64,000 nt of DNA, taken from assembly GCA_016186795.1 (NCBI GenBank), contig JACPKY010000002.1:604771-668770 (forward strand). Direction: 5' to 3'. The notes beneath the pieces are model-generated. The model did no database searches. It worked only from the letters and a program-made list of their open reading frames with translations, and was not told where the DNA came from. This DNA is from Candidatus Gottesmanbacteria bacterium. Lineage in GTDB: Bacteria > Patescibacteriota > Microgenomatia > 2-02-FULL-39-11. A program made the position numbers and the translations under genes. Shown here piece by piece: positions 59,610 through 64,000 of the stretch. The number at the start of each line of letters is the position of its first letter. The stretch's first letter is position 1.

Positions 59610-59686
59610 CGGGGATTGGCGCAGTTGGCTAGCGCACACGCATGGGGTGCGTGGGGTCGGCAGTTCAAGTCTGCCATCCCCGACCA
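59610..59686 (+). tRNA. tRNA-Pro (anticodon GGG)
   Basis: Hand-folded cloverleaf: acceptor CGGGGAT/ATCCCCG, D-stem GCGC/GCGC, anticodon stem CACGC/GCGTG, loop AU-GGG-GU with U33 and G37, T-arm GGCAG-TTCAAGT-CTGCC, discriminator A and an encoded CCA. Confidence 0.85.
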
Positions 59687-59754
59687 AAAGAGAAAAAGAG
59701 TCCGTCGAGTTGGAGACCCTCCGTGCGCCGCAAAGTCCTTTTAGAGAAGAAAAC

Positions 59755-60246
59755 TTATCTTTTGGGGGATTGTTTTCTGGCGCGAGCTTTTTGAGCAAAT
59801 CCTGCTTTTCTTCTCTCCTTTGCCCGAGAATCCCGAGTTAGGAAACCTGCTTTTTTCAGAGTGGGTCGGTGTTTTTCTTTATCGAGCTTTTCCAATGCAC
59901 GAGAAACTCCAAGTCGAAATGCACCAACCTGTCCAGAAAGTCCACCGCCAGAAATGATTGCTGAAACTGCAAATCGTCCTTCTGTTCCAGTTATCTGGAA
60001 TGGTTCAAGATACATTTTTTTGTATACATCGCCAGGGAAATATTTTCCAACTGGTGTACTATTAACAACAACTTCCCCTTTTTTGATTACAACTCCTTTG
60101 ATATGCGTTTCTTCAGAAGCAACATAGAGTCTGACTCGGGCAATAGCTTCTTTTCGTCTCCCAATTGCCTCATAGTACGAATGTTCCCCATGCTTTTTTG
60201 TATCTTTTTCTGTTGGTATTTCTACTTTTGTTGATTTTTTTGGCAT
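59755..60246 (-). CDS. rpsI: 30S ribosomal protein S9 (with N-terminal extension)
   Basis: The S9 C-terminus ends ...RKQSPKR and the gene follows rplM. Confidence 0.85.
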   Translation of the reverse strand: MPKKSTKVEIPTEKDTKKHGEHSYYEAIGRRKEAIARVRLYVASEETHIKGVVIKKGEVVVNSTPVGKYFPGDVYKKMYLEPFQITGTEGRFAVSAIISGGGLSGQVGAFRLGVSRALEKLDKEKHRPTLKKAGFLTRDSRAKERRKAGFAQKARARKQSPKR

Positions 60247-60276
60247 ACACTATTTTAAAATCTCCAATTTATACTA

Positions 60277-60696
60277 TTACGATTGGAATTTTGCTCCATA
60301 TGGATGATGAACGTCTGCGTAAATATATAATCGTTTCAACATTTCACTCCGTAATTTATTTTTAGGAAGCATCCCAGATACAGCTTCACGAACAATCCTT
60401 GTTGGATTCTCTTGCTTCAGTTGTTGAAACGTCTTCACTTTCCTTCCCCCGGGGAATCCTGAATATTTTTCGTACGTTTTGTTCGATGCTTTCTTTCCAG
60501 TCACTTCAATTTTTTGTGCGTTTATAACAACCACATAATCCCCACAATCGAGGTTTGGGACATAATAGGGTTTCTCTTTCCCTATAAGAATGACGGCAAT
60601 ATTTCCGGCAATTCTTCCTAGTATTTTCCCATTAACATCAACCAGATGCCAACTTCTTTGGATATCTGATGCCAGAGTGGGTTTGGTATACTTCAT
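60277..60696 (-). CDS. rplM: 50S ribosomal protein L13
   Basis: L13 family sequence. Confidence 0.9.
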   Translation of the reverse strand: MKYTKPTLASDIQRSWHLVDVNGKILGRIAGNIAVILIGKEKPYYVPNLDCGDYVVVINAQKIEVTGKKASNKTYEKYSGFPGGRKVKTFQQLKQENPTRIVREAVSGMLPKNKLRSEMLKRLYIYADVHHPYGAKFQS

Positions 60697-61148
60697 GCTT
60701 TTTTCTTCCTTTCTGGTCTTTTGGCTTTTCCCTCTGATTTCTTTGAAGGAGGCGTTTTTGATACGGTTTTCTTGGGTTGAGCTTTCTCCGCCAGAGCTTT
60801 ACTCCACTCAAGAATCACTTCCTCACTGCTATCACCTCGTCGCATGCCTGTCCTTCTTATCCGAACATATCCCCCGATTGTATCTTTAAAGATTGGAGCG
60901 ATTTTGTTTATAAGCGTTTCAACAGCATCTTTTTTTGCTAAAAATGCATACAACTGATGCCGAGCATTTTCGGATCCATCTTTGGCTTTGGTAACTAATT
61001 TATCAATAAGTCCATGAACAGCTTTTGCTTTTGCAACCGTCGTTTTGATCTTCCCGAATTGAATCAGTGATAGAATTAGGCTCTTAAATAAAGCTTTCCG
61101 CTCTTTACTATTTCTATTTAATTTTCTTCCAAAAACGTGATGCCGCAT
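60693..61148 (-). CDS. rplQ: 50S ribosomal protein L17 (Lys-rich C-terminal extension)
   Basis: L17 N-terminus (MRHHVFGRKLNRNSKERKALF) and conserved position after rpoA. Confidence 0.85.
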   Translation of the reverse strand: MRHHVFGRKLNRNSKERKALFKSLILSLIQFGKIKTTVAKAKAVHGLIDKLVTKAKDGSENARHQLYAFLAKKDAVETLINKIAPIFKDTIGGYVRIRRTGMRRGDSSEEVILEWSKALAEKAQPKKTVSKTPPSKKSEGKAKRPERKKKA

Positions 61149-61152
61149 GTCT

Positions 61153-62070
61153 TTATACAGTAAATGCTATTCCTTTACTCCGTAAGGTATCCTCAATCGT
61201 TGTAATTGATTTTGCTCCTAAGTTTTTGATCTTATAAAGCTCTTTTTTCGGAGTCCCCAAAAGCTGTCCTACTGTATCAATTCCGCCATTGTGAAGAGCG
61301 TTAACGATCCGAGTTGGAAGATCAAGTTCCTCCAATGTCATTTTTAGAATTTCTTCAGAAACTGTTGGTGTCAATGCTACTCCTTCTGTTGTCTTTGCTT
61401 TTGGTTCATAGAGTTGAAGAAAGTAGGAAACAAGAATTTTTGCAGACTGCTTCACCGCATCAAAGGGAGAAATACTCCCGTCAGTCCACACTTCAAGAAC
61501 AAGTCGATCAAGATCTGTCATTCGACCTACACGCGTTGCTTCCACTTTGTAATTCACTCGTATAATTGGAGAAAATAGTGCATCAACAACAACTACCCCA
61601 ACTTCTTTCTTTCCTTCAAACGCTTCAGCTGGTCGATATCCTGTACCTGTTTCAACGGTAAGTTCCATCGAAAGTTTTGACTTATTCGAAGTAAGCTCAC
61701 CAAGATAAAGATCTTTATTCACCACCTCAAGTTCGGATGATTCTAAATCTCCTGCCTTTACTTTCTTTGATCCTTTCACCGAAAGAGAAATAATAACAGG
61801 TGATTCACTTGTTGTTCGAAAGCGGATCTTTTTGATATTCAGTAAAAGTTCAACAATATCTTCCTTCAGTCCTGGAAGAGTTGAAAATTGGTGTTTCACC
61901 CCATCGATTCGGACGCTTGTTACCGCTGCTCCAGAAAGCGATGTCAGAAGAACTCTTCTGATACTATTCCCCAGTGTATGACCATAGCCTGGATCAAGTG
62001 GTTCAATAAGAAACTTCCCGTACTCCGACGTATCAACCTCTGGTTTAATAGTAAAATTAGGCTCTCCCAT
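61153..62070 (-). CDS. rpoA: DNA-directed RNA polymerase alpha subunit
   Basis: Alpha N-terminal domain and C-terminal domain; conserved gene order. Confidence 0.9.
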   Translation of the reverse strand: MGEPNFTIKPEVDTSEYGKFLIEPLDPGYGHTLGNSIRRVLLTSLSGAAVTSVRIDGVKHQFSTLPGLKEDIVELLLNIKKIRFRTTSESPVIISLSVKGSKKVKAGDLESSELEVVNKDLYLGELTSNKSKLSMELTVETGTGYRPAEAFEGKKEVGVVVVDALFSPIIRVNYKVEATRVGRMTDLDRLVLEVWTDGSISPFDAVKQSAKILVSYFLQLYEPKAKTTEGVALTPTVSEEILKMTLEELDLPTRIVNALHNGGIDTVGQLLGTPKKELYKIKNLGAKSITTIEDTLRSKGIAFTV

Positions 62071-62080
62071 TCTATCCTCC

Positions 62081-62701
62081 TTAGCGTGAATAAAATTCTA
62101 TAATAAGTTGCTCATTGATATCATCTGTTATATCCACACGTTGAGGAAATCGTACCACTTTTCCGGCTGGGCCTTCTCTTGCTAACCACGGGGAAATATT
62201 TGGGTTTTTTTCCTCCAGAAGTTTTTTTACAACAGGAGTTTCCATAATTGTGGGACGAAGTGTTACTACCATTCCTTTTTCAACTTGAAACGAGGGGATG
62301 GTTACCTTTTTCCCATCAACAAAAACATGTCCATGTGAGACATATTGACGGGCTGAAGTCCTGGTTGGAGCAAATCCCAGTCGATAGATAACATTGTCAA
62401 GTCGTCGCTCCAAAAAACTTAACATTTGTTCCCCTGTGTTTGCTCTCTCTCGACTTGCTTGCAAAAAGTATTTTTTAAATTGGTGTTCGGCGATACCGTA
62501 TACACGCTTCACCTTTTGCTTTTCCCGAAGCTGTCTTCCGTAGTCTGACATCTTCCGTGATCCCTTCTGTCCATGCTGTCCAGGAAGTATTTTGAGACGC
62601 CGAAGAAGTGCAGCGTGGGCTGCAGACCCAACGGTCTTTAGTCCTAAATCAATACCTTCTCTTCGAGCTAATCTATTTCTGGGACCTCTATATCGTGCCA
62701 T
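62081..62701 (-). CDS. rpsD: 30S ribosomal protein S4
   Basis: S4 N-terminus (MARYRGP) and an S4 domain. Confidence 0.9.
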   Translation of the reverse strand: MARYRGPRNRLARREGIDLGLKTVGSAAHAALLRRLKILPGQHGQKGSRKMSDYGRQLREKQKVKRVYGIAEHQFKKYFLQASRERANTGEQMLSFLERRLDNVIYRLGFAPTRTSARQYVSHGHVFVDGKKVTIPSFQVEKGMVVTLRPTIMETPVVKKLLEEKNPNISPWLAREGPAGKVVRFPQRVDITDDINEQLIIEFYSR

Positions 62702-62716
62702 AATATTTTCTACTAC

Positions 62717-63091
62717 TTAAATACGCCGTTTCTTTTTTGGACGTACCCCATTATGTGGCATAGGTGTGACATCCGCAATCATACTAATATTTAATCCTGC
62801 GCTTTTTAAAGCACGAAGAGAAGAATCCCTCCCTGCTCCTGGACCCTTAATATACACTTCTACACTTCGGAGACCATATGTCGAAATGACCTTCTTTGCA
62901 ACCTGATCAACCGCGGTCGTTGCAGCAAAGGGGGTAGATTTTCGTGTTCCTTTGAAACCAACATTTCCAGATGATCCCCAACCCAAGGTATTTCCTTTTT
63001 CATCAGTGAACGTAATAAGTGTATTATTAAAAGTAGCAGTTATATACACTCTCCCTTTATCAATTACTTTGGTTTGCTTCTTTTGCATCAT
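62717..63091 (-). CDS. rpsK: 30S ribosomal protein S11
   Basis: S11 family sequence. Confidence 0.9.
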   Translation of the reverse strand: MMQKKQTKVIDKGRVYITATFNNTLITFTDEKGNTLGWGSSGNVGFKGTRKSTPFAATTAVDQVAKKVISTYGLRSVEVYIKGPGAGRDSSLRALKSAGLNISMIADVTPMPHNGVRPKKKRRI

Positions 63092-63096
63092 ACAGA

Positions 63097-63513
63097 TTAC
63101 TTTCCTTCTTCTTTCGTAGCAGGTTGTTCAAGTTTTGCCCGGATTTCTTTTCGAAGTGCACCGACAGTTTTTCTTTTGCCCCGTTTCGTTCGAGCATTCA
63201 CCCGTGTCCGCTGACCTCTCACAGGAAGACCTTTCATATGTCGCAGACCTCTATAGCTTGCAATCTCTTTTAACCGTTTAATGTTTTCTGTAATTTCTGT
63301 ACGGAGATCTCCTTCAACTTTCACTGATTCATCGATTACTTTCTGAATTTTTCCAACTTCTTCATCAGTCAATTCCTTCACACGCTTCGCCGGAGATAGA
63401 TGTGCCTTTTCTATGAGTTTCCCAGCATTTCTCCTCCCTATTCCATATATATAAGTAAGAGCAATATCTAAACGTTTATGGTTTGGTAAATCGATACCTG
63501 AAATTCTCGCCAT
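63097..63513 (-). CDS. rpsM: 30S ribosomal protein S13
   Basis: S13 N-terminus ([10 protein letters not shown]) and an AAAGGAG RBS. Confidence 0.9.
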   Translation of the reverse strand: MARISGIDLPNHKRLDIALTYIYGIGRRNAGKLIEKAHLSPAKRVKELTDEEVGKIQKVIDESVKVEGDLRTEITENIKRLKEIASYRGLRHMKGLPVRGQRTRVNARTKRGKRKTVGALRKEIRAKLEQPATKEEGK

Positions 63514-63526
63514 TTGCTAACTCCTT

Positions 63527-63640
63527 TCACCCTTGTCGTTGTTTATGTTTCGGATTATCACAAACAATATAAAGTTTCCCTCTCCGAAGAACAACTTTAC
63601 ATTTATTACACCTTTTTTTTACTGATGCTTGTACTTTCAT
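63527..63640 (-). CDS. rpmJ: 50S ribosomal protein L36 (37 aa)
   Basis: Translates to [37 protein letters not shown]. It is below the ORF-track cutoff and lies at the conserved infA-rpmJ-rpsM position. Confidence 0.85.
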   Translation of the reverse strand: MKVQASVKKRCNKCKVVLRRGKLYIVCDNPKHKQRQG

Positions 63641-63642
63641 AC

Positions 63643-63858
63643 TTACAATCGAAAAATAATCCGACCTTTTGTCTGATCATATGGCGTTATCTCAACCCTT
63701 ACTCTATCTCCAGGCAGGATACGAATATAATTCATTCGCATCTTCCCTGATAGATGACACAATATCACTCTGTCATTAGTTAGTTTCACCCGAAACATCG
63801 TATTGGGTAAAGCCTCAACAACCTGACCGATTACCTCTTGAGTGCCTGAATGAGCCAT
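63643..63858 (-). CDS. infA: translation initiation factor IF-1
   Basis: S1-like OB fold ([20 protein letters not shown]). Confidence 0.9.
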   Translation of the reverse strand: MAHSGTQEVIGQVVEALPNTMFRVKLTNDRVILCHLSGKMRMNYIRILPGDRVRVEITPYDQTKGRIIFRL

Positions 63859-63862
63859 ACTT

Positions 63863-64000
63863 TTATGTCAAAACAAGAGCACCGTGCGCGGTTTGGGCCA
63901 CGGTCGCTTCAAAAAGTCCTGCCATTTTACCATCCTTGGTGACAATTGTCCACTCATCACTTCCTTTGTAGACAACATCTGGTTTTCCCATGGTATAAAT
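63863..64000 (-). CDS. map: methionine aminopeptidase type I, C-terminal fragment (gene continues beyond the window edge)
   Basis: The last about 45 codons translate to ...[41 protein letters not shown], matching the MAP C-terminus, at the conserved map-infA position. Confidence 0.7.
   Translation of the reverse strand: MYTMGKPDVVYKGSDEWTIVTKDGKMAGLFEATVAQTAHGALVLT

Noticed and set aside
1-64000. CRISPR arrays, rRNA genes, transposases or integrases
   Set aside because: No regularly spaced direct repeats, no rRNA-like conserved blocks and no recognisable transposase or integrase ORFs were seen. The only repeat structures are the hicAB-flanking 50-mers and short palindromes.

Overview
This is a gene-dense, low-GC (about 35-40%) bacterial chromosomal segment. 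From gene content and architecture it is probably an uncultivated small-genome lineage, possibly Patescibacteria/CPR-like, but the sequence alone cannot settle phylogeny.

Core gene content, in order along the window:
- DNA repair and lipid genes: an HhH-GPD (AlkA-like) glycosylase and an AlkD-like alkylation repair gene flank a fatty-acid desaturase.
- Housekeeping genes: era, rdgB, gltX, an archaeal-type aspS, an archaeal-type PEP carboxylase, recJ, cca and secDF.
- A leuA-leuCD-leuB operon on the plus strand.
- An ilvB-ilvH-(thrC-like)-ridA-ilvE-ilvC-ilvD operon on the minus strand.
- comM, the RNase P RNA (rnpB), miaA-yjbQ-miaB, coaBC, an ABC-2 transporter trio, hup, rny, recX-recA, a tRNA-Pro(GGG), and the 3' end of the ribosomal spc/alpha cluster: rpsI, rplM, rplQ, rpoA, rpsD, rpsK, rpsM, rpmJ, infA and a partial map.

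Most notable observations:
1. Both the leu and ilv operons are preceded by classic ribosome-mediated attenuators. The leu leader peptide carries four consecutive Leu codons; the ilv leader peptide is rich in Ile/Val/Leu. Each has alternative antiterminator/terminator hairpins, and each terminator abuts the start codon of the first structural gene.
2. A threonine-synthase-like PLP enzyme is fused to a LeuA/CimA-type C-terminal allosteric domain and sits inside the ilv operon.
3. A small AT-rich accessory islet holds hicAB bracketed by about 50-bp imperfect direct repeats, plus an orphan AT-rich ORF.
4. RidA carries a Cys/Gly-rich C-terminal tail.
5. Several small genes fall below the ORF-track length cutoff (rpmJ, a DUF5679 zinc-ribbon gene, the two leader peptides).

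No CRISPR array, rRNA or clear transposase was found.
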